64,000 bases of DNA from Epiperipatus broadwayi (GCA_028023455.1 JAQFVV010000001.1:35216001-35280000); one strand, 5' to 3'; positions 41,665 to 55,024 are shown, counted from the stretch's first letter. Notes: generated from the sequence alone by a model not told the origin. Translations and numbers: made by a program.

Positions 41665-41750
41665 AATATTAAACATACTTAAATATATATATATATTAAT
41701 AATAATGAATATTAAACATACTTAAATATATATATATATTAATAATAATG
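41665..41750. repeat. Exact 43-bp tandem duplication
   Basis: 41665-41707 equals 41708-41750. Confidence 0.92.
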
Positions 41751-42594
41751 ACTCTCTTTTTAAAAATATCAAGATATTCATGTATATAGAACTAATAACT
41801 TATGAAATTATTACAAATACTCAAATACTATGAATTTAATAAGATTGACATAAATCATAATTGTCCTTTATTTTTATACTTTACATATTAATCAATTTAT
41901 ATATGTATGTTTCCATATGATTGATCAAATCACTACTTTTTATCTATAAATCTTAATATTTTTTACTTAAATATTTAACTTTAGCAATAGTCCACTTTAT
42001 TTATAATAAATTTCCAATGATGATTTGTTATGAAAATATCCTCAAACTGAACACACACATATATATATATATTTAAAAAATTAAAAGTTATTTATATCTC
42101 TTGTTAATATAAAATTCACATATTCTTATATTAAGAATATAATAAAATATTCAGTCTGTAATCTAAAATATAGCTATTAACACTTCACTTCAATTATCTA
42201 ATGCTATTAAATCTTAAAAAATAATCTAAATTACATTTGATTGACCTTGGAAATTATTTATTAAACAAAACTTTAATCTTATAAACGCAAACAAAGATTT
42301 ATGATTCTTTAACCCCATGTATTGACAACGCATAGAAACAAAATTAATCCACCCATATATAATTCGATATGTTTGTAATAAAAAAAAATTATTGATGATG
42401 AAATAAATAAATAAAATTTCAATCACTTTATGAAATTTTTTTATTTTATTAATGTTGTACACACAAATACTATATATATTTATAATCAAATTATAAATTT
42501 GATCTTTTCTATTCCTTTTTTGTTTTTTCGAATGTGCTAATAAAAATATTGTGTATACATATGAGTTGTTACTTTTCTTTTTTTTTTTTTGAAA

Positions 42595-42778
42595 GCAGAT
42601 GAAAGCAAAAGTCTTTATTAGATCCTTGTTTCAGTATGGAGCCAAGGATTTGAAGACCATACTGAGTCCATTGACGTCAGAGAAACTGTGAAGTAAACTG
42701 ATCTCCAATGAATGAAATGGCCATTGCTTGTGACGTTCGGTATTATCTTAGTCTTTGTTGTTCTTGCCTTAGAATTGC
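42595..42778 (-). other. Candidate terminal exon (AILRQEQQRLR* plus short 3' UTR)
   Basis: Acceptor TTTTCAATTTCATTCAG| ending at 42779, TAA at 42743-42745, AATAAA at 42614-42619; a genomic A-run follows. Confidence 0.3.
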
Positions 42779-44048
42779 CTGAATGAAATTGAAAATTGCA
42801 GTTAGAGTAGAGATAACCCTGGAGTTTTCAGATTTATCTTATTATCCTGCCATTTTTTTGGTCAGCAGCAACTTAAATGAAATTTCTGTTCTTTTAATAA
42901 AAAGAAAGAAATGAATGTCAAGCTTTTTGTCTGGTTGCTACCCAAGAAAAAAAAACAAAGTTCACCACTGCCTCCCTTTACAAGAGTTCTAACAGCATGT
43001 GAATTACCAACCATTGTTTAAACTTTAAAAATACAAAACTGATCAGTTTACTTCTTAGTTAAAAAAAATAATGACATCAAATTTACAATGAATACTACTG
43101 TATGTTCTTTTTTCTTACGTTGAAAAGAGAATTTAAGCTAATATAATAAATTAACAAATACATTTCACAAAATTAAAATATAACTATATATAGTAATTGT
43201 TTATCTCTTTATAAATGTTAATTTTCTTTTTTTTTAATAGTTATTTTTAAACTAGCGATCTTTGATATTATTCACTCGATCTATAATGCATTTTATCCTC
43301 TTGACATTTTTTTATTATTATTATATAAATAATATTAATAAGAAATATTATTTAAATAAAGTATTTATTAATAAAAAAACTTAACCAACTCAGTTCGATT
43401 CCAAGATCAAACCCTTAATAATTTTATGTCTTTTAAATGACATAATGGGAACAACCATCATAATGTATATACATATATTGTCATCAGTTTTTTTTAGTAT
43501 AATAATGATACTGTCATACACAAAAAATCAATAAAATTGTTCTCCCACTTTTTATTTTTATGAATCCATATATATTTCATGGTACTCTTACAAGTAAATG
43601 TTGTATATTTTATATATAACTTAGAACTAATTTATATAAAACTAAAATGTATTGCTTTTTTGTATGTATGTATTTTTAATTTTAATTATATGAAATTTGT
43701 CTATATATCAAGTAACTGCATTAACAGCTTAAGTATTATATATTGTGCATAATCAATAAAATTTACTTTAAAACTAAATTAATTTTATATTAAAAAAATA
43801 AACAAATACAAAATAAATATTGAAAAGATTACATAAAAGCATTATTCAATAAAATTTAAAGAAAAAAAAGAAAATGGTTATATTTTGGATGTAGAAAAAT
43901 TTGAAAAATGTATTTTAAAAAAATTATAATGAAAACTGAAAAATATATATAACTGATAAAAATATGTTAGACATTAAAAATAAAATACTTATTTTAAAGG
44001 ATAATCTTAAAATGTTTGAAATCTCCTTAAAATAGGTGAAAATACAAG

Positions 44049-44062
44049 TTTTTCGCGAAAAA
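44049..44062. promoter_or_regulatory. Perfect 14-bp palindrome TTTTTCGCGAAAAA, E2F-site-like
   Basis: Contains TTTCGCG on both strands in a window where CpG is rare; function unproven. Confidence 0.3.
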
Positions 44063-47000
44063 AAAATCTAAAAAAAAAAAAATCAATGAAATTATTAAAG
44101 ATAGTAAATAAAAATTTACTTTACAAATTGTTTTCGTATGAATGTTGTTGTTTTTTTTGCTTTTAGAAAAAAATATGAACGTCAAGCATTAAATACTAAA
44201 AAATTCAAGTATTTTTTTTTCAGAATTTTTTTAAGAAGTTCTAACAATAAATTAAAGCAATTTTTTTTGGAAAGTATAAACTATCTTAGAACAAAATGAA
44301 AATAAAATCAATTATTTATAATACTCTAAGGCAGAAAACCAATAATTTTTAAGAATATATTTAAAAATATTTGAAAAATAAATGAATTATTTGGGCAGAT
44401 ATTTTAAATTTAGAGAATATACTAAAATAACTTTTTTAATATAAATTGAACTGAAAAAATTATCATTCTGTTGATAAAGATAAAAGCTACATAATCTACA
44501 AAGTTTTTTGACTAACATTAAATTTATATATAGAAACACACACACATTTATAAAGTAAAGACAATATTAATATTCTAGCATAATTTTATTAAAATTAAAT
44601 ATTTTTGCACAAAAGTTATCAAATTTTAAAATATAGTAATCATCCAGGGAATAAGTATTTTTTCTAAAAATTTATGTTTAAAAAATTGAATTAAATTTCA
44701 TATTAATTAACAGGAGAGCAAAACAAAAAACAAGTTTTATAACTTTAAGTATATATATATAACTGGTTATACAAAACAGAGCAAAAATAATGTTACTTAA
44801 ATTTACAAATAAATTCTTTACAATAAGTAAAGTTGCTAATCTCAGTAAACATTTGTGTTTTATGTTAAACTTCAATAACAATTATAATAAAATTATTTTA
44901 AATAATTATTATAATGACAATATATAAAAATAAAAACACAGTTATTTAATTATTATATATCACTATATAATTTGATTTTTATATATTTGAAATTTGATTA
45001 CATAGTTATAAAAAATGAGTAGAAATTAACTCTGGTTTATAAATTTAAATTATGCATCAATTTAAATTAGGCTACTCAGGCATCTCCATTGATTTGAATT
45101 TTTTTAAAATAAATATTGTCTATTTTATCAAATAATGTAGATAGCAGATAACAGTAGAAATAAAGTTTGTCATTCTAATTATTACATAAAGGCAATAATA
45201 AAATATTTAAAAACATTAAAATGCAAATATTTTTATGTTTTTAAGTAAAACATCTACTGAAAGAATTATTTTCAGTATCATCTTTCTTTCTTACATATGA
45301 CCTCTTTCTAGTCTTTTACATTTTTTTGGGATCATGTTTAAGATATCAGTTATCAATTTATTGTTTTTTTTTTAAAGACATATCTCTATTCTATTTCAGC
45401 CTCTTAATTCTTTCAATAAAATAAAATAATTGAATAGCCTGTCACTCAGAGCATTATATGATGTTTAATCACTGGAAGTTGTAGAATTAAAATGAGATCC
45501 ATTGACTTATAGTTCTCAAGTTTATCACTATAACAAATAACAGATTGTTTTTTGTTTTTCTATGTATATCACCCCTTTTGATCTTTTTTTTGTTATCCCA
45601 AAAATATACCTCTTTACACTTCATTATGTGATCTAAGATATCTTCATTGCTGTCACATTAAATATTTAAGTACTAAATTCGTAAATAGCAACTAGTAAAA
45701 CATATCTATAAAAACTTTCTTTTTCAAACACTTAGGCATATTTCCTTTTAATATATAGTTGTTTTTTTTTATTGAAAACTCTCCATCCAAGTTTAATTCT
45801 ATAATTAATTTCATCCATTATATTTTTATCTATATAACAGTATGACTAAAGTTTTTATAGTTATGAGTTTTTTATAATTTATTACCAAAATTAATATTTG
45901 TTTATTTTTTTTTATTAAACATTAATTTAATGTTTTTAGAATTTATCCTAGATTCTTGCTTATTTAAACATATGATTTTTTAGACAGTTTGACTGTTAAC
46001 AAAATATAAAGAAACCTGTACAATTTTTATCCTGAAGATAGAATCACAAGTAGCTTTAGCAAGTCTTCTAATTCTTCCTTGTAGTCATAAATTTGACAAT
46101 CATTAATTATGCAGTTTATGATTTATGGGTTTCCATATCAATGTAGATTACCATCTATTAAATTCTGTTGATGAGATTCCAGTAATATTTAGTTATATAG
46201 TTATGAAAACAATCAGATAATGTGAAAAATCTAAGTTACATTAGTAATCTCCATTTTTATTTTTTTAGCTTTGTTTTACTATACATAAAAGAATTTTTAT
46301 AAAATTGCTGTAAAAAGTTTTATGAAATGGAACCACCCTCCATATATCATTATTTATAAGTGTTAGTTTTTTAAAATGTTGTTATAATATCTTAATTACT
46401 AATGCTGTATTTTGATAAATACTTTTGAAATGTAATATTTATCTTGGGTCTGTGTCTTGAATTTCATAGCTTTAATCACCTTTAAATTGTTTACAATCTG
46501 TATATTTAAAACAAAATTATAACATATCTATTTGTTGCTTCTATAACATTTTTTATTAAATGAATGTGATCTACTGTGCTGTAATCATTTTAAACTTCAA
46601 TCTGTACTTTTTTTTAGTTTGAACCTAATGTTCTCTATAAACAAGATATAATGATCTTAATTAAGATTTTATATAAAACTGATAGAATACTAATAGATCT
46701 GTAGTTTCTAATATCACTACTACATTCTTCCAGTCATTTGATATATTTGTATCATTTTAGCATTTAGCATATAGTTTTCCTAACATTTTCTTTATTTTTT
46801 AGTTTGCATTTTTAATATATATATATTGTAACAATATTTATAAATTAATATAAATATGTATTTGTGATTATTAAATTAATATAAAAGATATGTATTTGTA
46901 ACTATAATTTGTAACTATTTTAATATGTCACATTTGTAACCATAATAAATATTTAGATAGGGGAAATTATTAATTATTAGATATATGCCTATCCAATCTG

Positions 47001-47754
47001 TACCATTTGTAACTATATTCATTCATCATAGCATAGATAAAGAAATTATAGAATCACTGTGCCACTTGAAAATATCAGCATTAAAGATTCTTGGTATTTA
47101 TTTATATATTGGGGCAGTCATCTGAACAATAAAACATACTGGCCATTGTCATCTAATAAAAATAAGATTAAATATAGCAACTGAATAAAAGTACCCACTG
47201 TGAGATTCCGGGAGTGCCTTATGCTTATCTCCCATACTAGGTTCTTCTAACAAAGAATCCTTCCTATTCTTCTTTCCAAATATATAAGACCATTCATGGT
47301 CATATGCACACACGGGTGCTATTCATGACAACTTATAAAAAAATATATTTTATAAAACTAATATTATGAAGTTGGAAAGGGATGATATCACTCTTTACTC
47401 AGTTTAGCTAAGTACATGTGTTTTCCCATGAGCGCCACTAGATTGCTTTCAATCTAGATAAGTATCTATTTATAGTGTACTTGAGTTCAAACTCATTCAG
47501 TACATATTTATTACACATGACTTGGATGACTATTGAACAAAAATGACATTCTTACATTTTATCTATATTGATAAAATTACAAGATCCCAATATTACCAAA
47601 GTTTATACTATAGATCAAAGATTCTTATAGACATTGCTAGCTCATTAGCGTATATTGATGAACAGACATGAATAATCCTATTAATGGCTTCCAAACAAGC
47701 ATGTGAAGACCATTATTGATATTGATGGCCATTTAACTAAATTATTTATCACAA

Positions 47755-47845
47755 TAAAGGTAATAATGATGATGATGATAATAATATCATAATAATGATA
47801 ATAATAGTGATATCATAATAATGATTATAATAGTGATGATGATAC
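47755..47845. repeat. Imperfect (AAT/GAT)n trinucleotide tract
   Basis: Directly visible. Confidence 0.85.
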
Positions 47846-50149
47846 CAGCCATGGTTTATCAATAAACTCACAACAATAAATTCATCTTTATAAACTTATA
47901 GGCATCTATTAAAATTATCCTATTTCATACTGGGATTTAATAATACTAATGGTGATGATTGATCATCATGAATCTCTTTGCATAATATTCAATTTTCTAT
48001 AAACCCCTATTTACTAAAATATATTCATTACGCTGAACATTAAATTTAATGATTATAATTTATTAATGATGATTGATGGCGATCATAACTTTTATATAGT
48101 ATTATTTGAAACATTTTTAACTAATAACATGATATCCATCTTTGATGAGGATGATCTAAATTCATGGACACAACACAATTTTAGCTTTCTATGTTGAACT
48201 ATAATTATCAAAATTTGGTTATTCTAAAGCATAATCCTTAAATACTTAAATATCAACATTCTAGTTTACCTATTATTTTGCGGACGCTTAATATTTGCAA
48301 GTGATTGCTCAATATATATGAATGGTAATACTTAATAACTGTGAGCAATGATGATGAATTAAAATGATAGAATTAAGACAAAAAAAAAACAACACAATAT
48401 TCTTAATAATAACTCGGAAACCAATTAAGATATATAATTATATTTTATTAACACTACTACTCTTTCTTTCCTTCTTTAAAGTCAAATCGACAATTAAATA
48501 AATGGCTTATTAATATAAAAATTTATATAAGTATAAGCAAATAAACTTAATATATAGGTTTGTCATCTTTCTTGATATCTCAAAATAAGCTGACTTAAAT
48601 CAATATTAGGAAAAAAAAATACATATTCTATAAATGCTTATTTAAGACTTTTCTTACTTATCATATCATAAAATAAATTTCAGGTGTTACTTGTATATGT
48701 TATTTCATTTCCATTCAAATGTAATGCCCTACTTTTTAATTTACTATTTTAAACTAATCATATATAACCTATTCTTTGATGTGTTTGGATAAGCAGTTAC
48801 ACATTCACGCATTCGGTAATGTTAACATATATGTTTAAAATGTATACCCATAAATTACATATATAAAAATATCTTTTTTCTTTTGCAACCTTATAGCGAA
48901 AGAAAATAAAATACATATATTAATTTTTAATATGCAATAAGATAAAATAAAAATAAAAAACATTATAAATGCATATATCTATAGGTTGCTCATCATCATT
49001 AACAATTGAAGAACAATTAAAAAAAAAACATTTCAACATTACAATATATAATATAAAAAAAAAAAAAATAATGAAAAATTTAAGTTTAAAGATTTAAATT
49101 ATGTTTGTGCTATGTTGTGAGATATTGCAAATAACTATAGATAAACAAGTCTTTAATGTTTCTGTATCAAAAAGAAAATTGCTTTGACCAGTAAATTAAG
49201 GTTTACTTTTAATAATTAAAAGAATAAAATCGGTTAAAGAAAGTTCATATTTACCCGTCTACTTTTTACTTCTTATTAATGTCCTGAATTTGAATTTTCA
49301 GACTGCTTTTATTTGCTCACCAACAACAACAACAACAAAAAAGAAAGTTATTGCAGATACTTTTAAGATAATGCTGAATCAATTGACTTTGCTTGTTTCT
49401 TCAATTCCATTATTATTCACTGTTGATTGGCTTCCTTCTACCATTTAAAAAAAAGTTATTATAAGTACTTTGAATAAGTAGGTACCGGTGGATTTGCTTG
49501 TCTCTCTCCTTTAAAAAAAATAATTGCTGTCGACACTTTAGATGATTGAGGTAAATTAACAAAATTTGATTTATGGCTTCAAACTTGGTTCTACATGGCT
49601 GTTATAGATTTTCTTTTCCTCCTATTTCCTCTTCTCCATTCATTCGAAGGTAATGAGCTTTTAATAAGCCAGGAACTAGAAACAAAGCATTCCATATAGC
49701 TTGTGTGGTTGGCTTCAAAATCTATCATTTTGTTGGTTATTACTGGATACATGACTTCATAGACAGATCAGCGATTTTGACTCATTCTGTATTAACCAGG
49801 AAGCAGAAAAAAATGGTTTAGCAATGCAGAGGCATAGTATTGTGCATAACCAAATATGTTAATATCATTTTTTATATAATTATTACTAAATTCTAATAAA
49901 TTCAATCTTGTTCCATTTCTCTCCTCTTCTTTAATATTGCTGGAAATTGCTTTATATAAATGCACATTTCATTTGCTCTTTTTTTTTCAACTTTCAAAGA
50001 GTGAGAAAAAAAATTAAAGCGTTCACTCTCTTTTAAAAAAAAATCTGAGCTTACATTCTGCTTAAGAATAATAACAAGGAAGGACCGACTGAGTTGAGTC
50101 TCAAAATAATAATAATAATTTGAGTGACTCTCACTCTAAAAAAATTAAT

Positions 50150-50257
50150 GACTAACTCATCATCTCTCTAAAGAAATTTAAGACTAACTGATCATCTCTC
50201 TAAAGAAATTTAAGACTGACTGATCATCTCTCTAAAAAAATTTATGACTGACTGATT
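50150..50257. repeat. 32-bp tandem repeat, 3 full units plus a partial unit
   Basis: GACTAACTGATCATCTCTCTAAAGAAATTTAA starting at 50150, 50182, 50214, 50246. Confidence 0.93.
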
Positions 50258-50769
50258 AAAAAAATTGTTTCAATCATTTATATCGCGAATTTCAACCAAA
50301 GAAAAAAAAAACATCTGGAAATCTTTATCTTAAAAAAAAATCAAAGCTTCACAAGTTTGACGTCGGTCACAATCAATAAAGACTTAAAATTGATCGCTAT
50401 CGTTATCTACATCAAAGCACCTCTTTTGTAAAAATAATCTTAAGATACAGATAACAACAAACCTGGAATCTATAGCCATCAGGAATAAGTGTAAAAGCAT
50501 CTTTGTGTTTGTACAGATGTATTCATTGTGTCACACGTGTACATTTTTTTATCTCCTAATCTAACAATTTTACACCTTTCTGATTTACTCTATTTTAACA
50601 AAATGAAAGTTAAATAAATTTAACACATTATTTAATAAAAAAAATATTATATAATAAATCACAAAAAGAACTGCTTATTCATAATAATAAATCTATACAT
50701 ATAAATCTCTGTATGTATAAAAGAATAAAAAAAATTTTTTTTTTAAATAATTGAATACTATATATATCT

Positions 50770-50812
<43 letters not shown>

Positions 50813-50857
50813 GCTTCTCTATTCTTTATAAATTTAATTGATCTTATTTATTTAAAA

Positions 50858-51652
50858 CTAGCCTAACCGTCCATGCGTTACTATGGCTCAGCTGGTTAAA
50901 AAAATAAAAAAGAAAAGAGAAAGTGCACATTTCTAATATGTTTAATTTTACAATGCTTGTGGGTATACAATATTTTTTGTTGTTCTATTGTCTGTGCAGA
51001 TATAGAGATTGTCTGGTTTGCTGACTCTAGAACATGCAATATATAATTGTCCATGTGAGAAGCAATCCATGTCTAGATCTAAACTGCATAATTCTAAAGA
51101 TTGGCCCTGTTTGCTGATGCTTGTTCTTCCTCAGTTTGATTTGCAATTACTCATCGCACTGCTTTCGCTCCATGAGTATGATGACCTAAGTTTGATCTTC
51201 TGAGAGACATTATTTAGATGAACTAAAGCAGATTGATTGCACTGAAAAAGAAGAAAGAAAGTTATAACAAAAGCACATAAAATTGAAAAAGATTAAAAAA
51301 GGAAAAAACATGAACTAAAAAACAAAGAAAAAACAAAAAAAAAACCTAATGAAATATTTTAATTCAAACGCAGATCAATCGACACAACTCAATTCCACTG
51401 CCAATTGCACCGAATAATAAAAAAAAACAGTTAAAAAAATGAAATGAAAAACAATGAAAAAATAAACTAAACTCATGAAATTAACTGTCACAGGTGTGAC
51501 ATTTATATAATAGTATGTATGTAAATCATAGGTATGTAAAAACGTGTGTATTTGAATGTAACGTTGTGTCAAAATTTCAAAGCAATCAGTGAAGAACTTT
51601 CGGAGATTTAAGATTTTGAACAAACGAACATTTACATTTATATATATATATA
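50858..51652 (-). mobile_element. Non-autonomous Helitron with internally deleted RepHel
   Basis: 3' CTAG followed by T (50858-50861) with a decayed hairpin about 11 nt upstream; Pif1 C-terminus GQSLELCSLDLDMDCFSHGQLYIACSRVSKP...KNIVYPQAL*; N-terminal stub RRSNLGHHTH...IANQTEEEQASAN; 5' (TA)n-AAATGTAAATG (expected TC is decayed). Confidence 0.9.
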
Positions 51653-52231
51653 TAAACAAAAAAAGACTTATAAATCCAATAAATAATATTATATTTCAAC
51701 CAGAGGACTGGTTTTCATCAGAGAGAAAAAAATACACAGTAAAATGGCGATAATCAAAAATTACAGATTTGGTAAAAGATTAAAAATTTAACAAAATCCC
51801 CCTGATTGGTCACAAAATCTAACACAGAATATCTACCCAATCAATGACAAAATTCAACCAAAAAAAAAAAAAAAACAAAAAAAAAACTACATTCCCTCCT
51901 AATCAAGCTTAAATTCTATTTAAATTAAAATAAATATAAAAATAAAAAATCCAAAATTAAAAATTAAAATATACATATGTGCATACATAGAAAAATTAAA
52001 CTATGCTCACATACAAAAAATAGCTGTGCTCACATTAATATTCATTAAAAACTAAAATACTTATACATTTTAATCAAAAATTATAGTTAGTGCAAAGTAC
52101 AATAATTTATAACTAATTATTTATCTATAAACCAATTAAACACAGATATTAAACATCCATGTAACCAATCTTTACATAAAAAACCTCCTAAAAGAAAATT
52201 TTCACATAAAAAACACACACATAGAAATCAT

Positions 52232-52966
52232 TTAGGAGACCAGGTAACCCAGAGATGTAATAGTTCCAGTGTTCAAATTCAATCCATGTGGTTCTAAGGT
52301 CTTGAATTTAAAAATAAAAAAACTCTCCCTTTGTTTCCTCTCCCTTGTAGAAGAAAAACCTTCCTGAAGAATCACTACTTTTAAATCATCAATTGAATGA
52401 TTCAGTAAGTTAAAATGTTTTGAAACCGGTCTATCTTTATTCTTATGCAAAATGTCAAATCTATGATTAGTCATTCTGACATGTAAACTATTTGCTGACT
52501 CACCTATATACTGGTTTAAACATCTACTACACTCTATCAAATATATCAAATTAACACTTTTACATGTAACATAATTAGGAATATACCATTTAAAATTACA
52601 ATTCTTAGTACTAAAGACCCCTTTTGTCAGAACAATATGTTTACATGTAAAACATCTTTTATCCTCACATGGAGAACAACCTTTTTCCTGTACAGAACTA
52701 CTAATAAAATTTGTTTTGACAAGTATATCTCTAAGTGATCTATGTTTTCAATATACAACCTTAGGTGGATCAGAAAAAATAGATTTTAAATAATCTGTGG
52801 ACTGTAATATGTTAAAACGTTTCACCAATATCCGGTTAATATTAGGTAAATCTCTATTAAAAGTAAGAACCAATGGTGGAACATCTAATTGTTTTTTACT
52901 CTTTTCAGATAAAAGAAGTTTCTTTCTCTCAATTAAAGAAGATCTCCTTACTGCATTATCCAACAA
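52232..52966 (-). pseudogene. Penelope-like ORF C-terminus (linker + GIY-YIG), left arm
   Basis: YPKTLLDNAVRR...VPPLVLTFN..LPNI..IL, then IYLIECSRCLNQYIGES...RMTNH; interrupted by TGA where the right arm has CGA. Confidence 0.9.
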
Positions 52967-53012
52967 TGTCTTAGGATACTTCTTTTATCTGAAAAGAGTA
53001 AAAAACAATTAG

Positions 53013-53666
53013 ATGTTCCACCAATTGGTTCTTACTTTTAATAGAGACTTACCTAATATTAACCGGATATTGGCGAAACATTTTAACATATTACAGTCCA
53101 CAGATTATTTAAAATCTATTTTTTTTTATCCACCTAAGGTTGTATATCGAAAACATAGATCACTTAGAGATATATTTGTCAAAACAAATTTTATTAGTAG
53201 TTCTGTACAGGAAAAAGGTTGTTCTCCATGTGAGGATAAAAGATGTTTTACATGTAAACATATTGATGCGACAAAAGTGGTCTTTAGTCCTAAGAATTGT
53301 AATTTTAAATGGTATATTCCTAATTATGTTACATGTAAAAGTGTTAATTTGATATATTTGATAGAGTGTAGTAGATGTTTAAACCAGTATATAGGTGAGT
53401 CAGCAAATAGTTTACATGTCAGAATGACTAATCATAGATTTGACATTTTGCATAAGAATAAAGATAGACCGGTTTCAAAACATTTTAACTTACCGAATCA
53501 TTCAATTGATGATTTAAAAGTAGTTATTATTTAGGAAGGTTTTTCTTCTACAAGGGAGAGGAAACAAAGGGAGAGTTTTTTTATTTTTAAATTCAAGACC
53601 TTAGAACCACATGGATTGAATTTGAACACTGGAACTATTACATCTCTGGGTTACCTGGTCTCCTAA
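53013..53666 (+). pseudogene. Penelope-like ORF C-terminus (GIY-YIG), right arm
   Basis: CSPCEDKRCFTCKH, NLIYLIEC..C..QYIGES, HFNLPNH; +1 frameshift near 53022 and TAG (CAG in the left arm) at 53532-53534. Confidence 0.9.
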
Positions 53667-54152
53667 ATGATTTCTATATGTGAAAATTTTCTTATATGAG
53701 GTTTTTTATGTAAAGATTGGTTATATGGATGTTTAATATCTGTGTTTAATTGGTTTATAGATAAATAATTAGTTATAAATTATTGTACTTTGCACTAACT
53801 ATAATTTTTGATTAAAATGTATAAGTATTTTAGTTTTTAATGAATATTAATGTGAGCACAGCTATTTTTTGTATGTGAGCATAGTTTAATTTTTCTATGT
53901 ATGCACATATGTATATTTTAATTTTTAATTTTGTATTTTTTATTTTTATATTTATTTTAATTTAAATAGAATTTAAGTTTGATTAGGAGGGAATGTACTT
54001 TTTTTTTTTTGTTTGAATTTTGCCATTGATTGGGTAGATATTCTGTGTTAGATTTTGTGACCAATCAGGGGGGGGGGGTTGTTAAATTTTTAATCTTTTA
54101 CCAAATCTGTAATTTTTGATTATCGCCATTTTACTGTGTATTTTTTTTCTTT

Positions 54153-54180
54153 CTGATGAAAACCAGTCCTCTGGTTGAAA
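54153..54180 (+). ncRNA. Hammerhead-ribozyme-like core in the Penelope 3' repeat (second copy 51694-51721 on -)
   Basis: CTGATGA-A-AACCAG-TCCT-CTGGTT-GAAA: both core motifs around a perfect 6-bp stem II; stems I and III are not convincingly formed. Confidence 0.5.
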
Positions 54181-55024
54181 TATAATGTTATTTATTGGAT
54201 TTATAAGTCTTTTTTTGTTTTTATATGTATTTCCTTTGGTTAGTTTGTTATATATATATATGTAGGAATTTCAAAAGAAATAATTATTTCACTCTTACTC
54301 TATAATTATTTACAAAAATTTTCCACATATTCTATTTTTAACAATAATTTTATTCATGCAACAACTTTCTTTCCAATGATAATACAATAAATGTTACTAA
54401 TGTTTATATTTAAACTCTGTTTTAGTATTGTTTACACTATAATAGTTAGAATGGCAGAGTATCAAAACTTAATCATATATATAAATTATGAGGTTTATAT
54501 AAGAGTTAAAAAGTATTTAAAATAAAAAAATAAAAAATAACAGCTATATTATTATTGTTTAAAGAAAGTTATTTAAAGTATAGTTAACAGAGAATCATAA
54601 TTCATATTGGCTATGGATAAATAACGTGATCAATATGCAATGTGTGAAGGTATTATAATAAATAAATAATTGTATATTAAGAAGTATACATATCAATATT
54701 AAACTATTGTAGATAAAATTAATATTTTGTTAGTTAGTGTCTAGAATAAATAATAAAAAATGTTATTCTAGATTATTTATTTATTATTACAATTTATAAA
54801 AAAATATTTTTTTCTTTGTATTATTTAATTTGTGTAAATTAGTTGAGTTGTAAGTATGCTGTTTATAAAGCAGAAAAACTAATAAAATTTATTGAAATTA
54901 TTGCCTGCTTGGTAAAAGAATATAGTTTTGGATAACGATAGCATAAGAAGAATGCATTGAACTATGAATAACATGTATTTAAAATCTGTTGTTTTTAAAA
55001 CTGAACTATGTTATAATCATATAT

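Larger units (their letters stand above)
51650..54224. mobile_element. Penelope-like element 3' fragments in head-to-head inverted arrangement (2.57-kb palindrome)
   Basis: Arms 51650-52919 (-) and 52978-54224 (+), about 97% identical by eye, 58-nt spacer; both encode the linker and GIY-YIG endonuclease; 3' ends lie in TA-rich tracts. Confidence 0.93.

Noticed and set aside
49580-49800. Short open frames on both strands (e.g. ...AIWNALFLVPGLLKAHYLRMNGEE...)
   Set aside because: About 40-55 codons, weak splice support, no recognisable family.
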